Both the position numbers and the translations under genes were made by a program. From Clostridiaceae bacterium (GTDB lineage: Bacteria; Bacillota; Clostridia; Saccharofermentanales; DTU023): 64,000 bases of DNA. The notes under the pieces are model-generated. The model was not told the origin of the DNA. It did not search any database and saw only the letters and a list, made by a program, of their open reading frames with translations. The DNA lies in NCBI GenBank assembly GCA_012519085.1, contig JAAYQX010000061.1, positions 3,987 to 67,986 of the forward strand, read 5' to 3'. Position 1 is the first letter of the stretch. Every line of letters begins with the position of its first letter. Shown piece after piece: positions 36,617 through 49,960 of this stretch.

Positions 36617-39286
36617 TTGACAGACAAGACTGTAATGTTGCTTGATGGCAACAGTCTAATGAACCGTGCTTATTACGGTTTAGCAGGGCGTCAAAATCTT
36701 AATGCAGCTGACGGTACCCCTACCGGAGCCGTCTATGCCTTTTTAAATATGTTTTTGCGTTACCGCGACCTGATTCAGCCGGATCTGATATTTGCCTTAT
36801 TTGACCGTCCCGAACCGACATTTAGGCATGAGGTATATAGCGAATATAAAGGCGACCGCAAGAAAATGCCGGATGAGTTGGCGATGCAAATGCCCTTAGT
36901 CAAAGAGCTCCTTGATGCTCTTGGAGTCAAAAGATACGAAGCCCCAGGCTACGAAGCTGATGATCTGATCGGCACGCTAGCGCACAAAGCTGTAGCACAA
37001 GGTTATGAAGTAACTATTGTTTCCGGTGACCGCGATACTTTCCAACTTATTAACGAAAATACGGATGTGTTGATGCCGGTTAGTCGCCAGGGACTCACTC
37101 AGCAGGAGGTGATTAATCTCGAAGTGCTGGCCGATAGATATGGTCTGATTCCGGAACAGATTGTTGATTTAAAAGCACTTATGGGTGACAGTTCAGATGG
37201 GATACCCGGAATTAAAGGTGTGGGTGAGAAGACGGCGCTGAAACTTCTCCATGAGTACGGTAATCTGGAAACAGTTCTTGCTAACTCTGATCAGATCAAG
37301 GGGGTGCTGGGAGAGAGAATCCGGGCTGAGGAGGATATGGCAAGATTGTCTTATGATCTGGCCAAGATAGAGCGTGCGGTTCCGATACCTGATTTACCGG
37401 AGGATCTTAAATGTATAAGTTCTGAGCAATCTGATTCTGAGCTGTTACAATTTTTTCTTCGCTTAGGCTTTAAGAGCATGATTCCCAGATTTGGCCTGGA
37501 GCAAGCACTGGCAGATTGGAGTGCAAAACTGAGACAGGATAGCAGCATAACGGCACGAGAAAGATTCAAGTGCAGCGACCAAGAGGAATTCTTGCAGTGT
37601 AGCAAGGATCAGGAGATTGTCATTGCCTGGGAGGAGCATAACGACCATGTGGTCGGTTTGATTTCCTCTGAAGGCTGTGTAATATATCTACCCGGCGCAG
37701 ATGCTGTAAATTTTTTGTCTGAATTGTCTGACAGAGAACTTACAATCTGGGACTACAAAAGCTTTCTGCGTCAGTTCCAACAGAAATCCTATAAAAAGCC
37801 GCCCTTTGATTTAAAAATCGCAGCTTATCTGCTCGACCAAATGGAGGGTCAAATTCAACTGGAAACCGTATTGAGTAGGTCTCTGGCTTCTGATTATCAA
37901 CCATATCCATCTTTAACGCATACGACAGATGCGCAGATTTCATTACTGGAGGGTGTGGAACACCGGGCTGTCTTGACAGAGACTGAGCAAAGTCGGATTT
38001 TTTATCGAGCGCAACAAATGATCGCTGCCAGAAACAGGCAGGAGAAAATGGCGGCAGATCTGAAGCTGGAGCGATTACTTGCCATGGAGTTTACTCTGGC
38101 CGGTGTCCTGGCAGATATGGAGGCAAAAGGGATCACCCTAGACCAAGCTGAGCTCAAATCTCAAACAGATAGAATGGCTGCAGATATTTCCGTACTGGAG
38201 GATGAAATTTATGCTTTGGCAGGTCACGAATTTAATCTGAATTCGCCCAAACAGCTCAGCATAGTACTGTTTGAAGAGCTGGGGCTTCCACCGGGACGCA
38301 AGACAAAAACAGGTCAGTATTCTACAGCTGCTGACGAGCTGGAAGCTTTGAAGTTCAGCCATCAGATTATACCTTTAATACTTGAGCATCGGAGTTTATC
38401 TAAACTAAAATCTACTTTTCTCGATGGTTTAAGCCTGGCTGTTGATGCAGATGGCCGTGTGCGCACAAGCTATCATCAGACGCTGACTTCTACCGGTCGT
38501 TTGTCCAGCTCAAATCCTAATCTTCAGAACATTCCGATCCGTACTAAACGAGGACGAGAAATCCGCAATATCTTTGTGGCCGCTCCCGGCTATATTTTGC
38601 TGGATGCCGATTATGCGCAAATTGAGCTTAGACTATTGGCTCATTTATCTCAGGATTCGAATTTGCTGCAGGCTTTTGCCGATAATATCGATGTCCACAA
38701 AGCAACAGCCAGCTCTCTTTTTTCTGTGCCTGTGACAGAGGTAAATTCTGAGCAAAGGGATATAGCTAAGACGGTCAACTTCAGCATTGTGTACGGCATC
38801 AGTGACTTTGGTTTGGCTCGTGATCTGGGTATATCTATCGGCAAGGCCCATGACTATATTGCTGCCTATGATGCACGGTATCAGAAAGTTAGAGAATGGT
38901 TGAATAATACCATTAAGCTAGCATACGACCGGGGTTATGTTGAAACTTTATTAGGACGAAGACGCTATATTACAGAACTAAAGTCATCCGATACAAATGT
39001 GAGAAACTTCGGGGAACGAGCCGCGGCTAATGCTCCGGTTCAAGGAACTGCCGCAGACCTGATCAAAATTGCGATGGTACGGATCCATGATGCCTTCATT
39101 GAAAATAATTTGGATGCCCATCTGGTTTTACAAGTCCATGATGAATTATTAGTTGAAGCCTCTCTCCAAGATGCAGAGGCAGCAGCTAAGATTTTACATG
39201 ATAACATGGTTGAAGCGATGTCCCTCTCTGTTCCTCTGGTTGCTGAAGTTGCCAGCGGGCAAAGCTGGGGAGAGGTTAAGGCGTAG
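36617..39286 (+). CDS. polA: DNA polymerase I
   Basis: 889 aa. The N-terminus is a 5'-nuclease domain (LLDGNSLMNRAYYG, GDSSDGIPGIKGVGEKTA). Polymerase motifs are A (DYAQIELRLLAH), B (RDIAKTVNFSIVYG) and C (QVHDELLVE). The start is TTG after AGAAAGAGG. Confidence 0.95.
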   Translation: MTDKTVMLLDGNSLMNRAYYGLAGRQNLNAADGTPTGAVYAFLNMFLRYRDLIQPDLIFALFDRPEPTFRHEVYSEYKGDRKKMPDELAMQMPLVKELLDALGVKRYEAPGYEADDLIGTLAHKAVAQGYEVTIVSGDRDTFQLINENTDVLMPVSRQGLTQQEVINLEVLADRYGLIPEQIVDLKALMGDSSDGIPGIKGVGEKTALKLLHEYGNLETVLANSDQIKGVLGERIRAEEDMARLSYDLAKIERAVPIPDLPEDLKCISSEQSDSELLQFFLRLGFKSMIPRFGLEQALADWSAKLRQDSSITARERFKCSDQEEFLQCSKDQEIVIAWEEHNDHVVGLISSEGCVIYLPGADAVNFLSELSDRELTIWDYKSFLRQFQQKSYKKPPFDLKIAAYLLDQMEGQIQLETVLSRSLASDYQPYPSLTHTTDAQISLLEGVEHRAVLTETEQSRIFYRAQQMIAARNRQEKMAADLKLERLLAMEFTLAGVLADMEAKGITLDQAELKSQTDRMAADISVLEDEIYALAGHEFNLNSPKQLSIVLFEELGLPPGRKTKTGQYSTAADELEALKFSHQIIPLILEHRSLSKLKSTFLDGLSLAVDADGRVRTSYHQTLTSTGRLSSSNPNLQNIPIRTKRGREIRNIFVAAPGYILLDADYAQIELRLLAHLSQDSNLLQAFADNIDVHKATASSLFSVPVTEVNSEQRDIAKTVNFSIVYGISDFGLARDLGISIGKAHDYIAAYDARYQKVREWLNNTIKLAYDRGYVETLLGRRRYITELKSSDTNVRNFGERAAANAPVQGTAADLIKIAMVRIHDAFIENNLDAHLVLQVHDELLVEASLQDAEAAAKILHDNMVEAMSLSVPLVAEVASGQSWGEVKA

Positions 39287-39292
39287 GAATAT

Positions 39293-39928
39293 ATGTTTGT
39301 TATTGGAATTACAGGCGGGATAGGTAGTGGCAAAACAACAGTTTCTGCTATGCTAGCTGAAGCGGGACTAGAGGTAATCAGTGCCGACCGAATCTCACAT
39401 TCTGTTACCAGTGCAGGAGGCTCGGCCATTTCTGAGCTGGAAGCAGTCTTTGGCTCTAATTATATTGATGAGACCGGAGCGCTTAATAGAAAGCTGACAG
39501 CAGAGCTGGTATTTACGGACAAACAGGCGCTGAATGAACTTAATCGGATCGTACATAGACATGTTCTCGAACAGATAAGTGCCGAGCTGGATCTTCTTAC
39601 TGAAAAGAAAGTTCAGGCTGCAGTACTTGATGTGCCGATCCCTGTGCGTCAAGGTTTTTTAGATCGCTGCGATGTGATTTATACAGTCTGGGCGGATGAT
39701 GATATTAGATTGTTAAGGCTGTCGAAAAGAGGGCTCTCAGGAACTGAGGCCAGGCAAAGAATTGCGGTACAAATGACCAGGGAAGAATATCGAGCGCTTT
39801 CTACAGGTGAGCTGGTGAATAATGGCACAGTGAAAGAGCTTCGCTTACAAGTTGAAGAAATGATGGAACGAGAATTAAAGCCGAGAGGCATCAGATATAT
39901 AAGTCTTCTATCAAGTAAAATTGAGTAG
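39293..39928 (+). CDS. coaE: Dephospho-CoA kinase
   Basis: P-loop GITGGIGSGKTT. Length 211 aa. It occupies the conserved position after polA. Confidence 0.88.
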   Translation: MFVIGITGGIGSGKTTVSAMLAEAGLEVISADRISHSVTSAGGSAISELEAVFGSNYIDETGALNRKLTAELVFTDKQALNELNRIVHRHVLEQISAELDLLTEKKVQAAVLDVPIPVRQGFLDRCDVIYTVWADDDIRLLRLSKRGLSGTEARQRIAVQMTREEYRALSTGELVNNGTVKELRLQVEEMMERELKPRGIRYISLLSSKIE

Positions 39929-39966
39929 TCCGGTCAGTGAACTATTACCTGGTAACTAAAAATCAA

Positions 39967-41043
39967 CTAGACATTGAAACGAAATAAGATGATATCACCG
40001 TCCTGAACGATATACTCTTTGCCTTCCGAGCGGTATTTACCCTTTTCTTTGACTGCATTAATAGTTCCGTATTGCAGCAGATCCTCAAAAGCGGTTACTT
40101 CAGCTCGGATGAAACCGCGTTCAAAATCGCTGTGGATTTTTCCTGCCGCCTGCGGCGCTTTCGTACCTTTGGAGATTGTCCAGGCACGAACTTCTTTCGA
40201 GCCGCCTGCAGTAAAAAAGGAGAGCAGATTCAGGAGCTTGTAGCCCGCCTGGATAATTTGTTTTTGACCGCTTATTGACAATCCCAACTCGGCGCTGAAA
40301 AGCTGACGCTCTTCCTCAGCCAAATCGGCAATTTCTGCCTCTATCTCGGCGCTGATGATTATAAGTTCTGCTTGCTTTTCAGCAACTTTGTTTTGTAAAG
40401 CTTCAAGCTCTCTATAGTCACCGCCTAATTGTTGTTCATCGGTATTGGCTACATATAGTATTGGTTTGCTGGTTAATAAGTGTAGATCTGTCAATAGAGG
40501 CAGGTCAGGAAAACAGTGTGCCGATTTGCCTTCCTCAAGATGGCGCAGCAGGTTGTTGAGTATCTCCAATTGTTCTTTGAAAATTTTGTCTCCTTTAGCC
40601 AGTCGGGAGTATTTATTGATTCTTCTTTCCACATATTCCAGATCGGACAATATCAGTTCGAGTTCTATGGTTTCGATATCACGAATAGGATTGATACTGC
40701 CATCCACATGTGCAATATTAGTTCCTTCGAAGCAACGTACCACATGGATAATTGCATCTACTTCACGAATGCTGGATAAGAATTGATTGCCTAATCCTTC
40801 TCCTTTGCTTGCGCCACGTACTAAGCCGGCAATATCTACCACTTCCAGCACGGCCGGTATACAGCGCTCCGGCTGATAAAGTTGACACAAGTGATCCAAT
40901 CTCCGATCCGGCACAGGAACGATACTAATATTGGGATTGATAGTACAGAAAGGATAATTGGCAATTTCAGCTTGTGTTCCGGTAATAGCTTTAAATAATG
41001 TACTCTTGCCAACATTGGGCAGTCCGATAATTCCCAGTTTCAT
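39967..41043 (-). CDS. ychF: Obg-family ribosome-binding ATPase YchF
   Basis: MKLGIIGLPNVGKSTLF, DIAGLVRGASKGEGLGNQFL, and a TGS-like C-terminus (GKYRSEGKEYIVQDGDIILFRFNV). A GGAGG RBS is present. Confidence 0.93.
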   Translation of the reverse strand: MKLGIIGLPNVGKSTLFKAITGTQAEIANYPFCTINPNISIVPVPDRRLDHLCQLYQPERCIPAVLEVVDIAGLVRGASKGEGLGNQFLSSIREVDAIIHVVRCFEGTNIAHVDGSINPIRDIETIELELILSDLEYVERRINKYSRLAKGDKIFKEQLEILNNLLRHLEEGKSAHCFPDLPLLTDLHLLTSKPILYVANTDEQQLGGDYRELEALQNKVAEKQAELIIISAEIEAEIADLAEEERQLFSAELGLSISGQKQIIQAGYKLLNLLSFFTAGGSKEVRAWTISKGTKAPQAAGKIHSDFERGFIRAEVTAFEDLLQYGTINAVKEKGKYRSEGKEYIVQDGDIILFRFNV

Positions 41044-41143
41044 TCAGTCCTCCGACAATTATTGTGTCATTTTTCTGTAGCCGCCGGTTCCGGCCTTGTA
41101 TTAAAAACTTTAGCAGTTATTACTGCCAAAGTTCCCCCTTAGG

Positions 41144-41172
41144 ATTATATCAAGCACAACGTCTGTTGTGAA
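41144..41172 (-). promoter_or_regulatory. Sigma-A promoter with extended -10 for ychF
   Basis: The minus strand reads TTCACA (41172-41167), a 17-nt spacer ending in TGA, then TATAAT (41149-41144), which gives TGnTATAAT. Confidence 0.55.
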
Positions 41173-41265
41173 TTGCAGCTGATTGCTGACTTTTGCAGTA
41201 TCAATTGTCAATGACTGTCTGAATTATTTTGCATATTGAGAGCAGATATTCCTGAGGAGGACAAA

Positions 41266-42819
41266 TTGCGGACGCAAAAGTACAGCAGTATTACATCCTG
41301 TGGAATTAGCGGTATTAATGGAGTTTTGGTGGAAGTTGAAGTTACTGTATTGCCCGGATTGCCGTCGTTTGAAATTACAGGGTTAGGGGATTCTGCCGTT
41401 CGAGAAGCGCGTAACCGAGTTCGAGCTGCAATTGTTAATAGCGGTTACAGATTTCCGGAGGGCAGGGTCATTGCCAGTTATGCTCCGGCCTGGATTCAAA
41501 AAAGCGGGACGGGTTTTGACTTAGCACTCGCCTTGGCAATTTTGGAGGCATCCGGCCAGATTGTAAGACCGCGCGGTGAAGAGCCATTGCTGATTATAGG
41601 GGAACTGGGTTTGAACGGAGAAGTGCTTGGCATTCCGGGTGTTTTAAATCGAATTCTCACAATCTATAAGCAAAAAAAGCTATTCTATGTCCTTGGACCC
41701 CTTGATAATTTGCTGGAAGCTGAATTAGTTAGCAAAATTAAATATTTTGGAGTCGAAGATCTTAAGTCGGCCGTAGCAATATATTCGGGAGTGAAAATGA
41801 CGCAAAAACGTCCGGCAGCAGCGCATGAAGAGACAAGCCAACAGTCTCCGCGCCTAGATAATTTTTTCGGTCAGGAAATGGCAAAAAGAGCTCTCACAAT
41901 ATCTGCAGCCGGTTTCCACACTCTCTTGATGCTGGGTTCTCCCGGCTGTGGCAAAACTTCTTTAGCATCATGTTTGCCTGGTTTATTACCGGACTTGAGT
42001 GAAGAGGAGTCGTTGGCAGTTACTATGATTCAAAGTGCCATGTCTAAAGGCAGTATTATTGACAGTCTGGTGCGGTCACGCCCTTTTCTTGCACCTCACC
42101 ACAGCATTACAGGCGCTGCTCTAATTGGTGGCGGTTCACCCTTAAGGCCAGGTATCTGCACAGCGGCTCATCTGGGGGTTTTGTTTTTAGACGAATTGAC
42201 AGAATTCTCCAGTTCAGTTCTCGATCTCCTGCGTGAACCTCTGGAGAGTGGTCAGATCAAAATGGCCAGGGCGAAAGAATTTGCAGTCTGGCCTGCTCGC
42301 TTTTTGCTGGTTGGTGCTGCCAATCCTTGCCGCTGTGGTTATTCATTGGAAGCGAACGATAGATGCAGCTGTACTCCAAATCAGATCAAAAAGCATCTGC
42401 ATCGCATCAGTGGCCCCTTATGGGATCGTTTGGATCTGTGTGTGAAAATGCAAAGCTTATCAGGAGATGAGCTTCTGAATAGCTTAACGGCACGAGTGGG
42501 CACCGAACATGAAACAACTGCTTCACGGATCAAGGTCTGTCATGATATCCAAAAGCGAAGATCGCGCGAATTGGGTCTTAGCTTTCATTATAATTCCAAT
42601 TTGCCGGTTGATGACTATTGCCGGGATATGAAAATTGAGAAACAAACGATTAGGCTACTCAGCGATTTTGCAGAAAAGAAAGCTATTTCCGCTCGATCTT
42701 ATCACAATCTGTTGCGCTGCTCACGAACCTTGGCAGATTTAGAACAATCCCTATCTGTTAAAACAGAACATATGGCTGAAATAATGCAATATAGATTGGA
42801 TTTGAACACTCTATTATGA
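41266..42819 (+). CDS. comM: YifB/ComM-family Mg-chelatase-like AAA+ protein
   Basis: N-terminal Lon-like domain (GINGVLVEVEVTVLPGLPSFEITGLGDSAVREARNRVRAA), Walker A GSPGCGKTSLA, and LDELTEF. I prefer the TTG at 41266, 5 nt after GAGGAGG; the ORF-track start is 41236. Confidence 0.88.
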   Translation: MRTQKYSSITSCGISGINGVLVEVEVTVLPGLPSFEITGLGDSAVREARNRVRAAIVNSGYRFPEGRVIASYAPAWIQKSGTGFDLALALAILEASGQIVRPRGEEPLLIIGELGLNGEVLGIPGVLNRILTIYKQKKLFYVLGPLDNLLEAELVSKIKYFGVEDLKSAVAIYSGVKMTQKRPAAAHEETSQQSPRLDNFFGQEMAKRALTISAAGFHTLLMLGSPGCGKTSLASCLPGLLPDLSEEESLAVTMIQSAMSKGSIIDSLVRSRPFLAPHHSITGAALIGGGSPLRPGICTAAHLGVLFLDELTEFSSSVLDLLREPLESGQIKMARAKEFAVWPARFLLVGAANPCRCGYSLEANDRCSCTPNQIKKHLHRISGPLWDRLDLCVKMQSLSGDELLNSLTARVGTEHETTASRIKVCHDIQKRRSRELGLSFHYNSNLPVDDYCRDMKIEKQTIRLLSDFAEKKAISARSYHNLLRCSRTLADLEQSLSVKTEHMAEIMQYRLDLNTLL

Positions 42820-43991
42820 TCTTGAGATTAGCGACGGCAGAACTCTTAGTGCTATCAGCGATTGAATACCGTCTAAGTCACAAAATTAGGTGTAAATTGC
42901 TTAAATATGCAGGGTCGATGACTCGGCTCTGGGATCTTTTGCACCAGAGAAACAGATCCGATGAGCCTGCTGAGTTTGATCTCTTGAGATTATGTCTGAG
43001 GAAAAATGGCTCTGATAATTTACTGAGTCAAGCTAATATTTGGTTCAATCAGGGCATTAATGTAGTTTCTGTGGCGGATCCCAATTTCCCTAGGAGATTT
43101 GCTGACCGCAAGGTGCAGATTTCTTTACTTTTTTATCGAGGTGCAAACATATCTTTATTGTATAAAAAATGTGTGGCCATAGTCGGTTCGCGCTCCCTTA
43201 ATTCCTATGGACGCGAAGTCACAGCCGAGATTACCAGGCAATTATGCAGTAAAGGCTATTGTATAGTCAGCGGTGCAGCAGAAGGTGCAGATAGTATAGC
43301 CCATGTGGAAGCAATCAAAACAGGCGGTAAGACTATTGCCGTATTGGGCTGTGGTGTAGATCGGGTTTATCCGATATCCAATAAAAATCTCTTAGCAAAT
43401 ATCGCACATTCCGGTTTGATTATTAGTGAATATAGACCGGGTACAGCTCCGATGGCGAAGAATTTCCCGGCCAGAAACCGAATAATCGCCGCTTTGGCTG
43501 AAGCTGTGATTGTTACTACGGCAAAAACGAAGTCGGGTAGCCTGATAACTGCTAAGCTGGCAAATAATATGAAAGTTCCGGTATATGCCATTCCTGGTTC
43601 TATTTTTACTAATGAACAAAAAGGTTGCCACAGCTTAATTAAACAAGGGTGCGCAAAGATAATTACTGATCTGAAAATGCCTGAATTGAATACATTGACT
43701 ATAGGTGAAAGAGCGACAAATAATGATGCGAATGAAGCGAAGTCTTTTCAAGGCGCAAGAATAAATCAGCGTGCTTTAGTTGATCCGGGGCAGATCAGAT
43801 TGCCGGTAGCATCAAATCAGACAGAGGGAAAAATATTTGAATTTCTTACCTTAGGCCCTGGCACAATGGAACAGATTGCCGATTACATCGGCTTGTCGTT
43901 GGCAAATACTGCCCAGATCCTCACCGGCTTAGAGTTGGCAGGTTGTCTGACCAATCGACGAGGTCACTACGAGCTGAATCGCTTTTCTTAG
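42816..43991 (+). CDS. dprA: DNA-processing protein DprA (Smf)
   Basis: Rossmann-like core (VAIVGSRSLNSYG..., SGAAEGADSIAHVEA, VLGCGVDRVYP, FPARNRIIAAL). The ATGA start overlaps the comM stop. The gene precedes topA, as in the conserved Firmicute order. Confidence 0.9.
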   Translation: MILRLATAELLVLSAIEYRLSHKIRCKLLKYAGSMTRLWDLLHQRNRSDEPAEFDLLRLCLRKNGSDNLLSQANIWFNQGINVVSVADPNFPRRFADRKVQISLLFYRGANISLLYKKCVAIVGSRSLNSYGREVTAEITRQLCSKGYCIVSGAAEGADSIAHVEAIKTGGKTIAVLGCGVDRVYPISNKNLLANIAHSGLIISEYRPGTAPMAKNFPARNRIIAALAEAVIVTTAKTKSGSLITAKLANNMKVPVYAIPGSIFTNEQKGCHSLIKQGCAKIITDLKMPELNTLTIGERATNNDANEAKSFQGARINQRALVDPGQIRLPVASNQTEGKIFEFLTLGPGTMEQIADYIGLSLANTAQILTGLELAGCLTNRRGHYELNRFS

Positions 43992-44162
43992 TTTTTAGTC
44001 AGATATGCTGCAAAATCAGGCTGATAACAAGTATTCTTCAGCTTGTTATTATTATTTCACTTGTTACTGACTGAGTTATACCATTTGCAGAGGTTGCGGC
44101 ATTTTGACATATATTGTTATATGTCGTATATAATTGATCTCAATGCTTGTTCTGATAAGATT

Positions 44163-46340
44163 ATGATAAAGGATAGAATTGTGAAAACACTCGTAATAGT
44201 AGAATCTCCTGCCAAAGCTAGGACTATTTCCCGCTACTTAGACAGCAATTATATTGTCAAGGCTTCTGTAGGGCATATCCGAGATTTGCCATCTTCAACC
44301 ATGGGAGTGAATGTCAAAGATAATTTCTCTGTTCGTTACATTACTATGCCCGGCAAAGAAAAGATTATCAAAGAACTTAAGACTGCTGCCGCCCAAGCTG
44401 ATCGTATTTTACTTGCTACTGACCCGGACCGTGAGGGTGAGGCAATTGCTTGGCATCTTGCCAATGTGCTTGATCTGGATCAAACTGAACAAATACGTAT
44501 CTCCTTTAATGAAATCAGCAGCCGTGCGATTAAGGAAGCTATTGATACTGCCAGACCCTTGGACAAAAACTTGATTGACTCTCAACAATCAAGGCGTATT
44601 TTGGATCGGCTAGTTGGTTATGAGCTTAGTCCCTTGCTGTGGAAAAAAGTGCGCAAAGGATTGTCAGCCGGACGTGTCCAGTCGGTGGCGACGAGGCTTA
44701 TTGTGATGAGAGAACGTGAGATCACAGCCTTTATACCGGAAGAGTACTGGCTTTTGACAGCTTTTTTGCAAAAAGATAAGGAGGATCCTTTTGGCGCCCT
44801 ATATCATGGAGAAAAAATAAATAATAGGGTGCGCCGTGTTAAGTTATCTGATAAAGCAAAGGTTGATGTCTTAGTAGCAGAGCTCAAGACATTGCCTTTT
44901 GCAGTTGACTCCATCAAGCTAGGTCAGAGGAAAAAGCGGCCATATGCACCCTTTACTACTTCTTCACTACAGCAGGAGGCCTCCAGGGTTTTAGGCATGA
45001 GCTCTTCTCGAACAATGAGTGTAGCGCAACAATTATATGAGGGTGTGAATCTGCCGGGTTCAGGGGCAACTGCTCTGGTAACTTATATTCGTACCGATTC
45101 GGTTCGGGTTTCTGCTGCAGCAGTATCGGCGGTTAGAGATCTGATCGCCAAAGCTTATGGTAAAGAGTATTTGCCGGCAAAGCCGAATTTCTATCAAAAA
45201 GGCAAGCAGGCACAGGATGCGCATGAGGCTATTAGGCCAATCCATTTTGATCTGGATCCTGAAGCTGTCAAGGATAAGCTTAGCCGTGATCAATACCGTC
45301 TATATAAGTTAATTTGGGAGCGTTTTATATCTTCACAGATGAATGAAGGGATTTTTGACACAATCCGCGCAGATATTTTAGCGGGAACTCATCTGTTTCG
45401 TGTTCAGGGTGAACAGATGAAATTCCCCGGCTGGCTTAAGGCCTACAGCTATGCCGGAGGAGCAAGCAAAGCAACAGCAGCCGAAAATGAAACCAAGATT
45501 AATGCGCTGCCGTCATTAAAGGTAGGAGATCAACTTAAGCTTGAGCGTTTACAGCCTGAGCAGAAATATACACAGCCTCCGGCACGTTATACAGAAGCCA
45601 GTTTAATCAAAGCAATGGAAGAGTTGGGCATTGGCAGACCATCAACCTATGCTCCCACAATCTCTACTATTCTAGCAAGGAATTATGTTGAAAAAGAGAA
45701 AGCCAATCTACATCCAACTGAGCTGGGAATTCTGGTGACTGAACTATTAGAGGAAAATTTTCAAGATATAGTGGACACGGAATTTACAGCTGATCTGGAA
45801 AAACAACTTGATGCAGTTGAGGCAGGGGAAATACAGGGAATAGAGATCCTAAATGATTTTTATTCACCATTTCATGCCAGCGTCAAAGCTGCGGAAAAAA
45901 ACATAGAAAAAGTTACTGTGGTAGAGGAGCCTACCGGCAGGAATTGTCCCCAATGCAATAAAGGTGAACTAGTAATCAAAGAAGGTCGATACGGAAAATT
46001 CATTGCCTGCAACCGTTATCCTGATTGTGATTACAGAGAAAGCATAGACATAGTTGCCCCGGGCAGTTGCCCGTTATGCGGTTCAGGATTATTGGAGAAA
46101 AGAACACGCAAGGGTAGAAGAAGAAAATTCTATGTTTGTGATAAAAAAGGAACTGATCCGGATTGTCCTTTCATCAGCTGGGATTTACCGGTTGAAGGCA
46201 AGAAATGTTCAGAATGCGGTGGCTATATAGTGTCTAAACGTTACCGTGGACGCAGTTATGAGCGTTGCGGTGATCCCCAATGTCCCTCGAATAAGAAAAA
46301 GTCAAAGACAGATAATAAAGAGAAGTCAGAAAAGAGCTAA
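44163..46340 (+). CDS. topA: DNA topoisomerase I (type IA) with three C-terminal Zn-ribbon repeats
   Basis: TOPRIM LVIVESPAKARTISRYL, DPDREGEAIAWH, and the active-site region GATALVTYIRTDS. C-terminal repeats begin CPQC, CPLC and CSEC. The start is ATG 44163 or GTG 44181 (after AAGGA). The upstream part of the listed ORF is unlikely to be coding. Confidence 0.93.
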   Translation: MIKDRIVKTLVIVESPAKARTISRYLDSNYIVKASVGHIRDLPSSTMGVNVKDNFSVRYITMPGKEKIIKELKTAAAQADRILLATDPDREGEAIAWHLANVLDLDQTEQIRISFNEISSRAIKEAIDTARPLDKNLIDSQQSRRILDRLVGYELSPLLWKKVRKGLSAGRVQSVATRLIVMREREITAFIPEEYWLLTAFLQKDKEDPFGALYHGEKINNRVRRVKLSDKAKVDVLVAELKTLPFAVDSIKLGQRKKRPYAPFTTSSLQQEASRVLGMSSSRTMSVAQQLYEGVNLPGSGATALVTYIRTDSVRVSAAAVSAVRDLIAKAYGKEYLPAKPNFYQKGKQAQDAHEAIRPIHFDLDPEAVKDKLSRDQYRLYKLIWERFISSQMNEGIFDTIRADILAGTHLFRVQGEQMKFPGWLKAYSYAGGASKATAAENETKINALPSLKVGDQLKLERLQPEQKYTQPPARYTEASLIKAMEELGIGRPSTYAPTISTILARNYVEKEKANLHPTELGILVTELLEENFQDIVDTEFTADLEKQLDAVEAGEIQGIEILNDFYSPFHASVKAAEKNIEKVTVVEEPTGRNCPQCNKGELVIKEGRYGKFIACNRYPDCDYRESIDIVAPGSCPLCGSGLLEKRTRKGRRRKFYVCDKKGTDPDCPFISWDLPVEGKKCSECGGYIVSKRYRGRSYERCGDPQCPSNKKKSKTDNKEKSEKS

Positions 46341-46345
46341 AAAAT

Positions 46346-47699
46346 ATGAAAAGGGTCAAAATTGTTGGAGCGGGTCTTGCCGGTTCAGAGGCTGCCTGGC
46401 AGCTTGCTCGTCTGGGGATTCCTGTTGAACTGATTGATATCAAGCCTGGCAAGATGACGCCTGCCCATAAAAAACCTTATCCCGCAGAGCTGGTGTGTAG
46501 CAATTCATTTAAATCAGATGACCCGCAGACTGCATCAGGACTTCTTAAAAGAGAAATGAGACAGCTTGACAGTATTATCCTAGCTGCTGCTGATCAAACC
46601 AGAGTGCCTGCCGGAAGCGCCCTTGCAGTAGATCGTGATGCGTTCGCGAGAACAGTAGGTGTTATGCTGGAGGCTACTAAATTAATCAAATATACAGAGC
46701 GGGAAATCTGTAGTCTGGAGGTTGAGCCCGATACAGTGCTGCTACTGGCCACAGGTCCTTTAACAACCGAAAAGCTTATGTCAGCGATGTCTAAGGAATG
46801 GGGGGAGTTATTACATTTTTTTGATGCTGCCGCTCCGATAGTAAGTTTTGACTCATTGGACAGCAGTAATTATTTTACTGCATCCAGATATGGCAAAGGC
46901 TCAGCGGACTACTTAAACTGCCCTCTTGACCAGAAGACTTATTTGAAGTTTAGAAAGGCCTTGATTGAAGCGGATAAAGTCGCAATTAGAGAATTTGACC
47001 GTAAAGTTTTCCAGCATTGCCAGCCCATTGAAATTTTAGCGGAGAAGGGTGAGGACACAATGCGTTTTGGACCTTTGAAACCTGTTGGTCTTACAGACCC
47101 GAGGACTGGGAAACAACCATATGCAGTATTGCAACTCAGGCGTGAGCAGACTACGGGGGAGATGTATAATTTGGTTGGTTGCCAGACCAGAATGACCTTT
47201 ACAGCTCAAAGAGAAGTTTTTGGCATTATCCCGGCCCTGCGCCAGGCAGAATACCTTCGTTATGGTGTAATGCATAGGAATCACTATGTCAAAGGACCTG
47301 AGGTATTAGACACAGGCAATCAAACCAAAACCAGACATAATCTTTTTCTGGCAGGCCAGATAACAGGAGTTGAAGGATATATGGAGTCCGCTGCTTCGGG
47401 TTTGATAACGGGAAGACTGATTGCTTTGATTGCTGCAGGATATCCTGCGGATAGAATTGGTGAGATTGTGTTGCCGTCAACGACTATGATGGGTGCATTA
47501 TCTGCTTATGTTTTAAGCACGGACAGTAAAGATTTCCAGCCTATGAATGCCAATTTCGGGATCATTCAATATGACTCGGAACTTATAACTGCAAGGCGAA
47601 AGCAAGAACGAAGAGCGCAGTTAGTTTCTGCATCGGATTTGCATCTCGCATCTTGGCGTGAGCGTTATCAGAAACTCTGCAATGAGTATGGAATCAGGT

Positions 47700-47719
<20 letters not shown>
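46346..47719 (+). CDS. trmFO: Methylenetetrahydrofolate--tRNA-(uracil54-C5)-methyltransferase
   Basis: FAD motif VKIVGAGLAGSEAAWQLA. Length 457 aa. It occupies the conserved position after topA. Confidence 0.92.
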
Positions 47720-49866
<2,147 letters not shown>

Positions 49867-49960
49867 ATAATGATGCTTTATGCTAGAATTAATCGACGCT
49901 GCTTTGTCTATTGAACAAATCAGCAAATAAGAGTCACAATATATCCTAATTGGAGTTCGC

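Noticed and set aside
44043-44162. N-terminal extension of the topA ORF (MLLLFHLLLTELYHLQ...).
   Set aside because: There is no homology to TopA here. The TOPRIM motif starts right after the ATG 44163 / GTG 44181 candidates, and the latter has an AAGGA RBS.
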